DNA from: Octopus sinensis
Lineage: Eukaryota
Assembly: GCF_006345805.1 (NCBI RefSeq)
Contig: NW_021824182.1
Location: 1-19,437 of the forward strand
Direction: 5' to 3'
Length of the DNA: 19,437 nt
In this document: in pieces, positions 19,349 to 19,437 of the stretch
Layout of the letters: each line of letters opens with the position of its first letter
Numbering within the stretch: position 1 is the first letter of the stretch
Translations under genes and position numbers: made by a program
Notes under the pieces: model-generated
The model's input: the letters and a program-made list of their open reading frames with translations, nothing else
Told to the model about the DNA's origin: nothing
The model's database searches: none

Positions 19349-19437
19349 TTTTATAATAATTCTGCTTGTCATTGCCTTACTTAGCCCGTCGGTAACGCCT
19401 TCACGTGATTAGAGAAAAAAGAGGCAGAAAGAAATAG

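Overview
Eukaryotic, AT-rich, microsatellite-dense repeat region with no recognisable host exon. The SINE families and (TA)n/(TG)n content resemble an octopus (coleoid cephalopod) genome; this is an inference. The largest element is a ~4.3 kb degenerate Tx1/L1-clade non-LTR retrotransposon on the minus strand (638-4982). It has a 5' UTR with three structured tandem monomers, a broken ORF1, and a frameshifted ORF2 with APE endonuclease, RT (YADD) and CCHC knuckle. Its 5' end is fused to a 37-nt tRNA-like SINE head, and its 3' end is deleted at a junction with another SINE. The rest is nested repeats: three tRNA-derived SINE families, a decayed DD34D mariner, two related GGATC...GATCC MITEs with 8-bp TSDs, smaller Tc1/pogo- and hAT-like MITEs, a probable non-autonomous Helitron, a Penelope-type GIY-YIG fragment, several long fold-back inverted repeats and degenerate hammerhead-ribozyme-like motifs. 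Most ORFs in the supplied track are microsatellite or antisense artefacts.
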